From Nageia nagi (Eukaryota > Plantae > Pinophyta), in contig JBITNC010000001.1 of NCBI GenBank assembly GCA_050084985.1, forward strand, positions 7,936,001 through 8,000,000: a stretch of 64,000 bases of DNA, given 5' to 3'. Shown here piece after piece: positions 25,151 through 37,340 of the stretch. The notes below the pieces were generated by a model. The model was given only the letters and a program-made list of their open reading frames with translations. It had not been told where the DNA came from and did not search any database. The position numbers were made by a program, and so were the translations under genes. Each line of letters starts with the position of its first letter. Position 1 is the first letter of the stretch.

Positions 25151-28100
25151 TGGTTTGGAGATCCAAAAAGACTTAAACACACTTAAAAACCACAAACTAG
25201 GTTAATTTGAAGGAACTAACCAATATTGAAGGAAATCAAAGGACATACTAAGGAACTTTCTCACACCTCAACCAAAGGATGGAAACTAGTTCATAATAAA
25301 AAAAAAGTGCTTATGGAGGAACCCAATCCATTATCAAGACTAAGAAAACCATCAACAAGAGTAGAAGAGGAGGTGGTTGTCATAATGACCAACATAAGCT
25401 CTGAGAACCAAACCCCTAAAGAATATTAGTAGTAAGAAAAAGAGTATTCAAATAAAGAAGAGCTATAAGAAGCATAATAAGATCCAAACATAGACCAAAG
25501 AAAGACAAAAAAATGGAATGAATTAGGAGGAAAAAATGATGATGTTCCAAAAATACAAGGAAAAGATAAGGAAAATATCAAAATGAAGATTGGTAATAAT
25601 GATAATAAGAATATGAATACTCATAATAAGATGACTCTACCTTTAATTCCCCTTAGCAAATCAAAACAAGACTCAGAAGGAGTGCAAAGAGGCAACTAAA
25701 TTTAGAATGAAAGTTTTTAGGAAGGGGTTGAGGGAGACATAGTATTTTTGTATTTGGAAATAAACAGGCTACTACAAACATAGAGGCAGAGAATCAATCA
25801 ACTTTGGATCCCATTATGAATAAAGAGGCTAAAACAACCTCAAAAAAGGATTGCAAACAAAGTTATCACCTAGGTATTAAGCGGCCAACAAGATCATGAT
25901 GGCTGCAAACTAATAAATTTATGTACCAACCTGAAAAGGAACAAAGATAGAAACTTACTTTAATTAGCCATTTGGAGGGCTACTAAGAGACTTAAATATA
26001 TATTGGTCTTTTGAGAGTTGCCAATGGTAATCAATTGTTAGCTACCAAGCTATGTTCCATAAATAAAACTAAAGTAGTTTGTTACTATATCTATTTCAAA
26101 CAAGTTTTGGGTTCCTGTATAAAAATACCCATATGACAAGTTTCAAATAACCTATCATTTTTAAATAAGGTTGAAATGAATTGCATCCAACATATATTCA
26201 TTGCTTACTTCAACTATACACATTCTTATATACATCAAGAAAAAAATTGAAGACTTAAGCATTATTCAAAACTATACAAAAGAAAATACTTGATAAAACA
26301 TCATACATTCCATCATTTATATGGAGAGTGATGAAGGCTCCAACTCGCAAGAGGATGATGGAGAGCGAATGGTGAGAGGAGTTTGGCTGGCCAATGTGTG
26401 CAACTACCTTATTTGAAGGTTTCGATCTTAGATGTTGGAAATATGTTTGGGTTTGAAAGAAACATGATTATGGAAAACCCTAATGACTTCTCAGAGTCTT
26501 ATTTCTCTTGTGAGGAAATTAAAGTCCTTTTTGTGTTGGGACACTTTTGGTTCTAAGCAATCCTCTTGATTTATCCTTCTAAGCAATTTTAACTCCTTTG
26601 AGATTGAAGGTGTTTTTATCATTGAACCATTGATGCCTCTAGAACCAAGCTTTATCTCTCAAAATGCTTTGAGGGTCATAACAAGGTTAGGCTCTTTTGA
26701 GTTGGGTATTATTTGTGGAGTTGATCCACCCCATTTTGATTCTCGATTTTTCTTGGGTATATCATGTTCTTTAAAGTTTTTGGTTGATAGGTTAGAGAGT
26801 TGATTAGGACAAAAAGGTAGTAAATGTCAAAGTTATATTAGGTAGCTTATTTATTTATTGCAAGAGCCATGCTACAATTGTTTCTTATGTGTGTCGATGT
26901 GGTTAGAACCTAGAGGGGTTAGGGGAGCAAGAGATGCATGGAAGGTAAAGGAGCCATTAGGGGAGGGTAGACAAAAGAAGTAGAGATGGAAAACTTAATG
27001 TATGCAATTACTATTTTGGTAGTGGCGCTACAGTGCTTCTAGTGGTGCTCTACCAATTCCAATCAATGCATGCATGATGAAGATCATTGTTACTATTAGG
27101 AAGTAATTGGGTTAGGAATTGGGTATTCCATTGGTTTCCACAATTTTGTAGCCCTGGGATAGTAGACAGCATCAACAGGAGGCGTACAGACTAGGAATAC
27201 AAGGCGGTGAGGTCATCAATTGTCTTGATGCTCCTTGCCTTCCATTCTTGCCCAGAGGAATGACTTCTTACAGGTACCATGGTGTCAATTTCAACAACAC
27301 CATATCAAATACTTTTTTTTTATAAAATGGGAATATGCTTAGATTTGAAATGCTATATTCTTTAAGATGTAACACAAAGGCAAGCTCATGGACTAAAACA
27401 AAATGGAGTGTTTGATATAAAAATTGCATTCATAGTACGTACCCTGATCTAAAGTATGGATCTTGTTTCATGCATTCATAGTATAAATTGATTCCCATTC
27501 ATATCTGCATTCCAAGGATGTATAAATAATTCACAAATTGCTTCCTTTTATCCATTGTATGTACCCTGCAACCATTGCAATCTACAAAATTGAGTCGACG
27601 CTAATCAGCTTATCACATGTTTCACATGCCTCTTCAATGCTCCCATGTCTAGCGTGCATGTCTAATAAGATAATCATAGCCATCATGTCTAATAAAGACT
27701 ATTTTTAACTACTCTTTGATTGATGTCCATACATTCTTTAGAGCTCTCATGACAGTGAATGTTTATGAGAATGCTCACAATGGTTACAAATCTTGGTTTT
27801 TCATCTCACAACCTATGCAAGAACACACCCAACTCATATTTTAAGAGAAACTTTACAATGAAGTTCCAAACTTTCATTGATATCCCGCACAACCATGAAG
27901 GCCAACCTTGTTGTATAATTGAAAGGAAAAAAAAATCACCTATCAATAATGAAGGGTGCCCAAGAAATGAACCCTTCAATTGAAAATCAATTGTACCCAT
28001 CAATTTTGTTCTCTGCATGTGGTTATGCAACTTTGACTTTTCAGACATGTGGTCACACGTCATTGACTTTAGTGTCTTGAATCACTTCATACCAGTAATA

Positions 28101-28452
28101 AGAATTCTCCATAATGTTTATTAAAAGGAGTAAATTGGTAATCAATTTAGCCTATTGATTTTTCTTCAAATATTTTAAAAATTCATTGGTTTCAAATCCT
28201 AAATGTAAATCCCAATTAATGTTAAAAAAATCTAATTTTCAATTAAATAAGAATCATAATTCAAGACTAACTTGATGACCCTCGAAAAGTTAACATTGTG
28301 CGAATGTTTGGTTTGAAATGATCAAGGTTTTCTAAAGAATTTATGTAGCCATCCTATCCTTAACATATTTCAGTGTTGTTCTAAATAGGGATTTGGATCA
28401 AATGGTGTTTATTATGCAATCAAAAAGTTTGTAACTCTTAAATGGTAATATT

Positions 28453-29107
28453 TGTTAGATTACAGATTCTTATTTGGTGGGATGATTGAGAATGTATTAT
28501 TTACCCGGAGTTGCATAGATTGCAGATTCTAATTTGGTGGGACGATTGAGAATGTGTAGTTTACCCAAAGTTGCATAGATTGTGAATCCTAATTTGGTGG
28601 GATGATTGGGAATCTATTGTTTAACAGGAGTTGCATGTAATTAAATTTATTTTTAAGTTTGTAACTCCTCCTTTAGTGAGGCATTTAGTGTAACTAAAAA
28701 TAAATCCAAGAAAAAGCATGCAAAAAGAATTTTAAGATTAAATCCTATAAATATATTATTCTATGAGAGAGAATCATGTATTGTAAAAGGAGATTCGGGT
28801 TTTCAATCTTGTGTGTTTGAAAGGTGAATGTTCGATTGAAAACATTGAGGGCTAAGACACGGTTGTGATGTGTAGATGTTCATGCCAACATTGAAGCATT
28901 GTATTAAATAGAATTGTACAACTTTTTATTGTGGGTTGTAATTCATTCTATGGTTGAAATAATAACAAATTAATTGCTTCAAGTGGATATAAACTCTCCT
29001 AAAAAAACCACAGTATATTTTGTATCTATTATCTTGTTTGTGATTCTATGTATTTAATTCTGCAAATTAGATTGTTCCTATTTATCAAAACTAGTTGACT
29101 CCAAACA
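28453..29107 (+). mobile_element. Solo LTR (655 bp) with three 60-bp tandem units at its 5' end (28457..28636)
   Basis: TGTT...AACA termini; TSD ATATT at 28448-28452 and 29108-29112; CCTATAAATA at ~28744; repeat units start at 28457, 28517 and 28577. Confidence 0.85.
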
Positions 29108-29292
29108 ATATTTAGTTCGTAAATTTATAATATTTTTGTATGACAAACTCCTCAAGCCTCGTACATTAAAATTGATCAATATCCACAAGAATTTGGTTTC
29201 AATGCTAACTCTCAATTTAAAAAGCACATATGATAGCATTGATTCTGATTGTTTATGTTTATATCCTTCTTATGCCATTGTAATTCTTTATA

Positions 29293-30551
29293 GGGAAAAT
29301 ATCTAAAATACCTCTATATTTTGAAGAAGTATCAAAATTACCCCTATAATTTTAAAAATATCAAATTTACCCCTATTATCTTTTTAAAAATATTAAAAAG
29401 TTAAATGTGATGGGTGTTGGAAAACTAGGGCTATGGTCTAAGGAAGGTCTTGCCCTCATCAACGACACTCATTCGCCATGACTCTCATCTTCGTCATCAT
29501 GTACTGTTATATTCGACAAGGAGGAGTTTGCCCATCCTTTGATCCACACCATGGCAAAATGGAGTTGGTGACACCTCTCAAGTAGCTTCTTTTGGACCCT
29601 TCCAGCATCTATCATATGAATATTCCAACATTGACAAATTGAAAAAGGCAAAGCAAAACTATTGTGCCTAAGGTCATGCCTGCAATGGCTAGCTCCATTA
29701 GTGTAGATAATCAAAGAGGACATAGTGATCATCCAAACCAAGAATAATTTTTCCAATGATAATCAACTCATTCAAATGATTACAACTTTTTATCACATTC
29801 CCATAAATTGTCTTATCAATAGTCCAAATATAAATGTCACACAATCCTCATGCCTTCAAAAAGGTAATCAAGAATAGTATAACAACTTATAGATTACAAA
29901 GAATTTTTACCTTTTGTTACCTCAAAGCTTTTCAAATTGGCATGACTGCCCCTACTTCGCTTTATCCCCATGAGGCATTGTAATACCCAATAGATCAAAT
30001 TCTCCTAAGGTGGATCATTTCAAACACCACCAATACATGAAGAGTCTACTTCGATTGAGAAGCTCCCCTCTATCTCATTCTTTGTCAAGATTAATTCGAT
30101 CAACATATCAACGAATGGAAGTAGCGAAGTAGGTGGTCAAATGACAAATCCCTCCATAGTACCAACTTTTAGAGGATCGCAATCAAGTTCATCTTTTATC
30201 AATTCATGGAGCTCATGAATGAGCACTACAATAATAGGATCGCAAGCAACCTCTCTCAATAATGGAATAATGGGAAACCTCTCCTAAGGTACTACATTCA
30301 ATCTAGATTACAAATTCAACATCCTCAACATAGCCATGGCTTCTTACAACTCAAAGCTCCAATACTTGGATAAACTAGTGATGATGAACGTCCACAATGC
30401 TAAGCAACACAACCAAGATCCAACTATGGACACCATCACATTTAAATTTTTTTATATTTTTAAAAAAGTGAGAGGGGTAGTTTAAATATTTGGAAAATTA
30501 TAGAGGTATTTTTTATATTTTGTTAAAATATAAAGATATTAGAGATTTTCC
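29293..30551. mobile_element. Non-autonomous Mutator-like element (MULE), ~1.26 kb
   Basis: ~125-bp imperfect TIRs (GGGAAAATATCTAAAATACC...AAATGTGATGG versus CCATCACATTT...TTAGAGATTTTCC); TSD ATTCTTTATA at 29283-29292 and 30552-30561. Confidence 0.88.
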
Positions 30552-31047
30552 ATTCTTTATATTGATACCCTTCTTGTAGCATGGTGATTCTAATTGTTTA
30601 GGTTGGTAACCATGTTATCGCTGAAAGTTAGACCATTTAAATTGGATGTCATGTGGTCTTTGAAACACTTTTGACAAGATTTAGGTTTCCCACACAACTA
30701 AGTAGAATTTCTTCATAATGAAGATCCTTATTTTTATGTCAATTACCAACACATTGTTAAAGAAGTTTCCAATGCAATATGTCAAATCCTACAACTATGC
30801 TTATAAAGGTTGAAATGAAGCTCTAAGCCAATGCTAATTTACAACCATTCTAATAATTTAAGCTCCTTACTCGGAAATATGTTTCATCTATCCTATACCT
30901 ACAAGACATACATGCTTTGCAATTACATATCTTCCTCAATTTACAAGTTACAACACAAAACACCATTGTGAATAGTAAAACTTGTTCTCCGTACGATCGC
31001 AACATTTTTGCCTCATTTTTGGCTTGCATCATCACCACCCACACACC

Positions 31048-31140
31048 ATGTCAACCTCAACCATACCAAAAGCATTCACCCATACATCATATCAACCTCA
31101 ACCACACCATAAACATTCACCCATACATCATGCCAACCTC
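31048..31140. repeat. 41-bp tandem repeat, ~2.3 copies
   Basis: AT(G/A)(T/C)CAACCTC...CATTCACCCATACATC units start at 31048, 31089 and 31130. Confidence 0.8.
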
Positions 31141-31870
31141 ACAAGGGCTTCATTTAAATATACATCTTTGCACATTCCAATACCACTCAAATATAATAGT
31201 TGTACATTCTACAAAAAATTATATCATATAAATACAATTATCTTGACAAGAATAAACAAGGAATAATAAAAACACTTAGAATATCAACTTTTGATTTTAT
31301 AAAATTATTTAAATGATTTTAATGATAACTTAAATTATATGTTTAAATATAATATTTTACATGATTATTTTGGTATTAAATAAATTTTATTTAAAAGTTG
31401 AAAATAATTATAAATGATAATAAAAAATAATATAATAAAAAAAACAGATTGAATATTAATTTTTTTTGTACACTCTTATGTATGTTAGCCTCCTTGCAAC
31501 TATAGTACTAGTGTTGCTTCCCTCTCTACATAAGTTATATATTATTCATGAAAAGGATACATATAATTTGATTTGTTGCAACTGTAATGGATGATCAAAA
31601 AAATTGCAAAATATAACATGACTCAAATTTAAGGAGTAAATTGCATAAGATTTACAACCATGTTAAAGATATTATGTAACTTGTGGTTAAACACACTCTC
31701 ACTATACTTATACAAACTTATTCTTGTGCATGCCTGCAACTATAGGACTAGTGGGGCTTCTCTCTCCAGATAAGGTATATATAATTTAGTGAAAAAGATT
31801 TATTTGGTCCGTTTAGTTTGCTGCAACTACAGTTAATGTTAAAAGTTGTTGCATGGTGAAATGCTATTAT

Positions 31871-32496
31871 TACCATCTAAATGTTATCTAATGCATCATA
31901 GCTGAAATTTAAGAGGTAAATAGCATGAGGATTTACAACCACATTAAAAGATATTGTATTGGGGAATTCTTAGCTTAAGACTCTTATCTCATTGTCTTCC
32001 ACGTACTAAAACTGCATCTTCACACGTATTAAAACTGCATCTTCACTCGACTTATGTCCATATAAAATTTGCCCTCAGTCTGCAAATTGATAATGGTTAA
32101 TCATTTATATTGCACTTCAAATACTTTACTTGTAAGAAAATACACTTCAAAAGTAATATATATAAATAACTAGTGACAGTAACGAAAAAGGACTACCATC
32201 TAAATGTTATCTAATGCATCATAGCTGAAATTTAAGAGGTAAATAGCATGAGGATTTACAACCACATTAAAAAATATTATATTGGGGAATTCTTGGCTTA
32301 AGACTCTCTCATTGTCTTCCACGTACTAAAACTGCATCTTCACACGTATTAAAACTGCATCTTCACACGACTTATGTCCATATAAAATTTGCCCAGTCTG
32401 CAAATTGATAATGGTTAATCATTTATATTGCACTTCAAATACTTTACTTGTAAGAAAATATATATATAATAACTAATGACAGTAACGAAAAAGGAC
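31871..32496. repeat. Recent tandem duplication (31871..32193 and 32194..32496)
   Basis: Near-identical copies from TACCATCTAAATG to GTAACGAAAAAGGAC; an older, diverged related copy lies at ~31490-31680. Confidence 0.95.
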
Positions 32497-32519
32497 CTTT
32501 TTCGTTACTGTCACTAGTT
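32471..32519. repeat. Palindrome with 24-bp arms and a 1-nt spacer
   Basis: AACTAATGACAGTAACGAAAAAGG-A-CCTTTTTCGTTACTGTCACTAGTT, one mismatch. Confidence 0.95.
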
Positions 32520-33057
32520 TCTGGTAACTAAATTGGCAATAAAGGATCAGAATGTTTCGTTATCAAAAACACAAATGAGTTTGGTATTCAGGGCAAACTA
32601 ATTGATGAAATTCATTCCACATGGTATAAAAACTTTAATTAGGCTAAGTCCATGAATGACAGGAGTCTACAACAGGATACATGTTAACCGATGTTCACAT
32701 GCAAGTGTTTTGGGAAAGAAAAATGCAAAGAGAGAAAGGCAACAGAAAGAGCATCTAATGAAGCAATACGTTTAAAGACGTGTGTAAATCCAACTTAAAA
32801 TTTTGATAATCAGTGTCCTGAACTTAGTGAAAAAACCCGAGTATCCTTCCTATAAACCCTTAAGGTTAAAAGAAGATTAAAAGACTTATTTTATTTATAA
32901 GCATGACAAATATCAAGTATTGTTTCTTACAAATATCAAGAATTGTTTCTTAATGTGCTTAGTATCCACTTTTTAACTCTCTAAGAATATAACTTCCACA
33001 TTTTTACCATGGATACCAAATTCAACTTTATCTCTCTTTTAACCAAAATCTGTAAGA

Positions 33058-33167
33058 AAACTTTGTGAACATTTTATTCATACGAACTATTCTTTAAACA
33101 TTATCTTATAGGAAACTTTGTGAACAATTTATTAATACAAACCATTCTTTAAACATTATCTTATAAG
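33058..33167. repeat. ~55-bp tandem duplication
   Basis: AAACTTTGTGAACA...TTCTTTAAACATTATCTTATA occurs twice in tandem. Confidence 0.85.
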
Positions 33168-34545
33168 ATTAATCAATCTTTATAAAATATGAGTTAATGC
33201 ATTTTTTCCCAATTTTAATTCAGTCTTAAATAAATAAAAATAAATAAAAAAAATATTATTTGCATCATTTGTTGAGATAAATGAAAATTAATATACCATA
33301 CCTGTCTTTATTATTTATATCCCGTTGTTAAAATTTATTCCAATGTTCATTACAAGATAACTCTATTCATATATTTTTCACTTCACGAACAATACCAGGA
33401 ATTCATCATCTATTGTATGAAATTTGTGTCAACTACTATCTAGTGTATTTAAGTAGTAGCTTACTTTTGACTCCTATGTTTCCGCTCCATATTGTTCAGA
33501 ATTTCCCTCTACTCTTGCAACTAAATAATGAGCACGATATTATAATTTCGTTAAATCTACCTCGGCTTCCTCAAATACCAATGTGAATTAATAAAATATA
33601 ACTTCTTTGATATTTGTGCAAATTTTATTTTGATTTAACCCTTCGTTTTGTTAAATACCAAAACGAATCGATAAAATATAAAAAGTCCTGAGAAAATCAA
33701 ATTTTCTCCGATATCAGTTTTGTTACACACAACTCTGTTTTCATACCAAAATCATGCAAATTGTTTTTTTTTCTTACAATCTTGAAATTTTCATACCCAC
33801 GTCCTCCATATTTTCACAAGTATTGATTCTGACTGTAACTAGCCTCCTTTTTCGGATAAGGCAATAATACTTATTCATCAGATAAGCCTAAAAAACAATT
33901 GCGAACCAACAAAATAACATCTAAAATATTTATAACAAGTCGAAGAACACACTTACAATTAAAACGCACCGCCTATCTCCACCGCCAATTGAAACCAGTG
34001 ATAACATGATCTGAATCCAACAAATATATTAGACAAATATACAACGTCGTGTGATCGCACCCCTAAATAGATCTATGACCATAACAAGCTTAACAGTCTT
34101 ATTATGAAACCTAACCTCATTCAAAAAGACCATTTAACTACAACTTTTTGTTTTACATATTTAAACCACTAATGACAAATCCTACGGCCGATTAGATCTA
34201 AACAGACATTAAAAGACATCAGCAGTATGATTATGATGCATTATAGAGAAACTGATGGTATAAAGAAGCAACTATAATGAAAACTCGGGCGCCAAAAATT
34301 CTGTGTCTAAGTTTTTCATAAATAAAAACAATTATTTACATTCACAATCTTTAACAATCAACACACCTATACAAACGCTAACGCGCAGAACCTAGGTTAA
34401 ATAAGAAGAAAAAATGAAAGAAAATACTAACCCAGACTACTACGTCTGGTGCAACGAGGCCACAACCTCCAGTCCAAAAATAGTGGTGTCAAAAGACACC
34501 ATTAAAAATAGTTTGAACAGTCAACACCGGACATTCACCCGAACC

Positions 34546-34974
34546 CTAGGCACTCGTAAACTTAGTTACCGCCTTTGTGCCCTCCGAAACGGCGTGCTTT
34601 GCAAGCTCACCAGGAAGAACAAGCCGAACAGAAGTCTGAATCTCTCTCGAAGTAATAGTGGGCTTTTTGTTATACCTGGCGAGTCTCGAGGCTTCGTTGG
34701 CCAGTTTTTCGAAGATGTCACTGATGAAGGAGTTCATGATCCCCATTGCTTTGGAGGAGATGCCAATGTCAGGGTGGACTTGCTTCAAAACCTTGAAGAT
34801 GTAGATCTTATAGGTCTCCACGCTCTTCTTATGCTTCTTCTTCCCCTTCTTTTCTGCTGAATCCTTGGGAAGCTTCTTCTCAGCCTTGGCATGGACTTTC
34901 TTTTCCGCAGCAGGGGATTTCTCCGCCACAGGCTTTTTCACAGCAGCGGGCTTCTTCTCTGGCTTGGGCGCCAT
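34546..34974 (-). CDS. H2B: Histone H2B, 142 aa, intronless
   Basis: MAPKPEKKP...[38 protein letters not shown]...[23 protein letters not shown]; true ATG at 34974 (the ORF track start at 34983 is a non-ATG codon). Confidence 0.99.
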   Translation of the reverse strand: MAPKPEKKPAAVKKPVAEKSPAAEKKVHAKAEKKLPKDSAEKKGKKKHKKSVETYKIYIFKVLKQVHPDIGISSKAMGIMNSFISDIFEKLANEASRLARYNKKPTITSREIQTSVRLVLPGELAKHAVSEGTKAVTKFTSA

Positions 34975-35063
34975 GAAACACAAATCGAAAATCTATCGCA
35001 AATTTAAAATCAAAGCGTCGTTCAAGTTTTCCCAATAAGAAGACTTGCATTATGCCGTCGGAG

Positions 35064-35174
35064 TTAATATAGACGCAATCTTTATCTCCCATTGGTGGGT
35101 TTCTTTCGACGCGGATCGAGCGCCATTGTTCAATCTGGAGCGTCGATGCTTAGTTTGCTAAATGGCGCGGCAAT
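35064..35174 (-). promoter_or_regulatory. Plant histone gene promoter
   Basis: TATA-like TATATTAA (35071-35064); CCAAT (35095-35091); octamer GATCCGCG (35117-35110) with a 14-nt spacer to CCAAT, like the type III Oct-composite element; ATCGACGCTCCAGAT nonamer-like motif (35147-35133); E2F-like ATTGCCGC (35174-35167). Confidence 0.85.
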
Positions 35175-36149
35175 TTTCAAGCGGGTAAGACATAGGGTGG
35201 ACAGATTAAACTGAAATATATACATATATAGAATAACTAATAATTATGATTTTTTTTTTTTTTTAATGGAATGTTGTATAATTAAGTTTTTTATCAAACA
35301 TTAATTGAATTATAATATAATTTTAGTGAATTGTGGTATATTTAAGATATTTTTAAAAAAAATTATGTATTTTTGTAATTTATAATTTACTTCTTGATTA
35401 AAGAAACAAAGAGGTAGTAGAGATAGAGGAACACTTCATTTGTACATGTTTGAGTTTTTCATATATTCATAACAAATATAAAGAAACACTTGGAAATGTT
35501 TCTATGACGCAGCTATTTGAAGATTGTAAAATAAAAAAAATTGGTAAGTTATTAATCCAAATCAGTAGAAGAAGGAATACGATGCTCAAAACTTCAAGTT
35601 GAGGGTCCCATAGACCATGTTTGGGTCTCGTAAATGTAATTAAAATCTTTCATTTCATTTCAGAATTGAAGTGTGCATTTATCTCTTCTTCTTTTTTGAT
35701 GAATTAATTTCTTTGATGTAAGAGTGGTTTGGATACTCTAAGCCAACTAGATACAACATTGACCATGTTCATATCTCATCATTATATCTTAATCGTATTC
35801 TAACATGGTACCTTGTGAAGGAGTGTAACAGTACAATAGATAATAGAATGTGGAGTTATACTTAACAACTTCTGAATTAAGAGGCTTAGTGGGTTTGACA
35901 TATAAGTGATCAAGCTAGAAGGACATATAAACAAGGATTGCAATTGGATTATTTATATGATATTGGATTCCTAATTATTTTTGGTTATGTTACTTTATCT
36001 TCCTAACATGTATGTCGTGTGTTATTGGTTGTCCCAGTTTCTAATACAATCTTATTGATTCCTTCGAGATTTTATTTTTACCACTTGGTGTTCATACAAG
36101 GAGGTAAAAACTCTTTGATCGCTTTAGGAATATAGATAACGGTGAAAAT

Positions 36150-37340
36150 GCTAATGGGCATAGGAGAGAAGCTAAGTTTAGGTGGCAAGCATATTAATAC
36201 CAAAATCGACACTCCCATGCATGACAAGGACCTCGTGTTGGAACCAGTGATTTTGATAGTGGTTGATGTTTTTAAGGAAATCTTGCAAAAGGATGATTTC
36301 TAATCATTTTTCAAGAAATTTGTCAAGTATGACTTTGAGCTCTCACAATAAATTACGAGGAGATTATCGACAAAGAAGGTAAAGGAGTTAATTGGCTATG
36401 AATTTATAATTGACACAACATTGTTAAAGGAGGTAACTGACTTTATGGTAGCTAATGAAAGCATTCGTAAGGAGACACACACTTTGGAAATTGAGATAAA
36501 TAAATTTGTTGAGTTAGAAGAAAATCCTCAGTGGAAGGAAATGGGGTGTCTAAATACTCAATCCCTCATCCATGGATAAAGTTCATACTCGCCAATGTGT
36601 AATATGTAACCCTATACTTAGTGGTGAGAAGTTTCCACTTTTATTTTCTTAGTTTCCTCGAGTAAGGATAGAGGATGCAGTCCAAAAAAGGAAATATTTT
36701 AATACCTTTACTTTGAAGTTTACTTCTCATCATTTTCAAACATTTTATGGAAAGAGAAGATCTGTCAGGGAAAGTTTTATGGGGGTTTAATATAGGACAT
36801 GGATAGATACTAAAGATCAAATAAAGATTAGGTTAAAGGGGACAAAATAGTATAGTTAGGTTAAGAGCCTACAAGTTATGCATTTGGAAAAAAAACCAAC
36901 TCTAAAAAAAAGGCAAATGGGTGAGGATTGAATGTTCAAACTTGAGTGGAACTAGGAATATATTCTTCAAAGGTATAGTATGCCAACACTAAATTCAACT
37001 TGTATGTACCTCTCAGACGAGGAAGAAGAAAGGGAGTCATAAGAGAATAACTTTTACAACATGTACCAGCTCTAGTTGAAACCCAATTGAAACCATCCTT
37101 GAATGCATGTAACATTAACAAAGAGAATTCAACTTAGGATAAGTTTTAAGTATTGTCATCAAAACATATCATGGAGCCTCTTCAAAGGAGTTATATGGTC
37201 CTTAAATATTTGCTCGCATCAAGGAACCAAATGAGACATATCCTAGCTCGTGTCCTAGTCAAGAATTCATCAACCCAAATGGAGGATATCAAGGCCAAAA
37301 CCAACATGATGGTTCGTTCAAGGGAGTTGGAAAGTGTTGA
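36150..37340 (+). pseudogene. Decayed retroelement-type accessory ORF without recognisable gag/pol neighbours
   Basis: EILQKDDF*SFFKKFVKYDFELS...GYEFIIDTTLLKEVT...INKFVELEE...IPHPWIKFI..YVT plus a coiled-coil-like end; resembles retroelement extra-ORF proteins from memory only. Confidence 0.4.

Larger units (their letters stand above)
27540..30920 (-). pseudogene. Highly decayed PLS-class pentatricopeptide-repeat (PPR) gene, interrupted by a solo LTR and a MULE
   Basis: LLDMHARHGSIEEACETCDKLISVDSIL*IAMVAGYIQ (~27670-27555) matches LIDMYAKCGSIEEARKVFDKM..D...WNAMIAGYAQ; also KPRFVTIVSIL (~27800), LKPNS...SIL (~29200), IGLELHFNLYKHS (~30830). Extent beyond 27.5-27.8 kb is less certain. Confidence 0.65.

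Noticed and set aside
26330-27300. Coding-like, more GC-rich stretch
   Set aside because: No motif I can assign on either strand; probably a decayed TE fragment.
28457-28636. Regularly spaced repeats suggestive of a CRISPR array
   Set aside because: Whole 60-bp units are repeated with no unique spacers; they lie in a eukaryotic solo LTR with no cas genes.
30917-31266. His/Pro/Thr-rich ORFs
   Set aside because: Explained by a 41-bp (non-triplet) CA-rich tandem repeat; no evidence of coding.
34414-34860. 148-aa plus-strand ORF
   Set aside because: Antisense shadow of the H2B coding sequence, a common artefact of histone codon usage.
34880-35092. 70-aa minus-strand ORF overlapping the H2B start, and the MCF extension of H2B
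   Set aside because: The ORF starts upstream of the TATA box and is out of frame; the extension begins at a non-ATG codon. The conserved start is MAPK at 34974.
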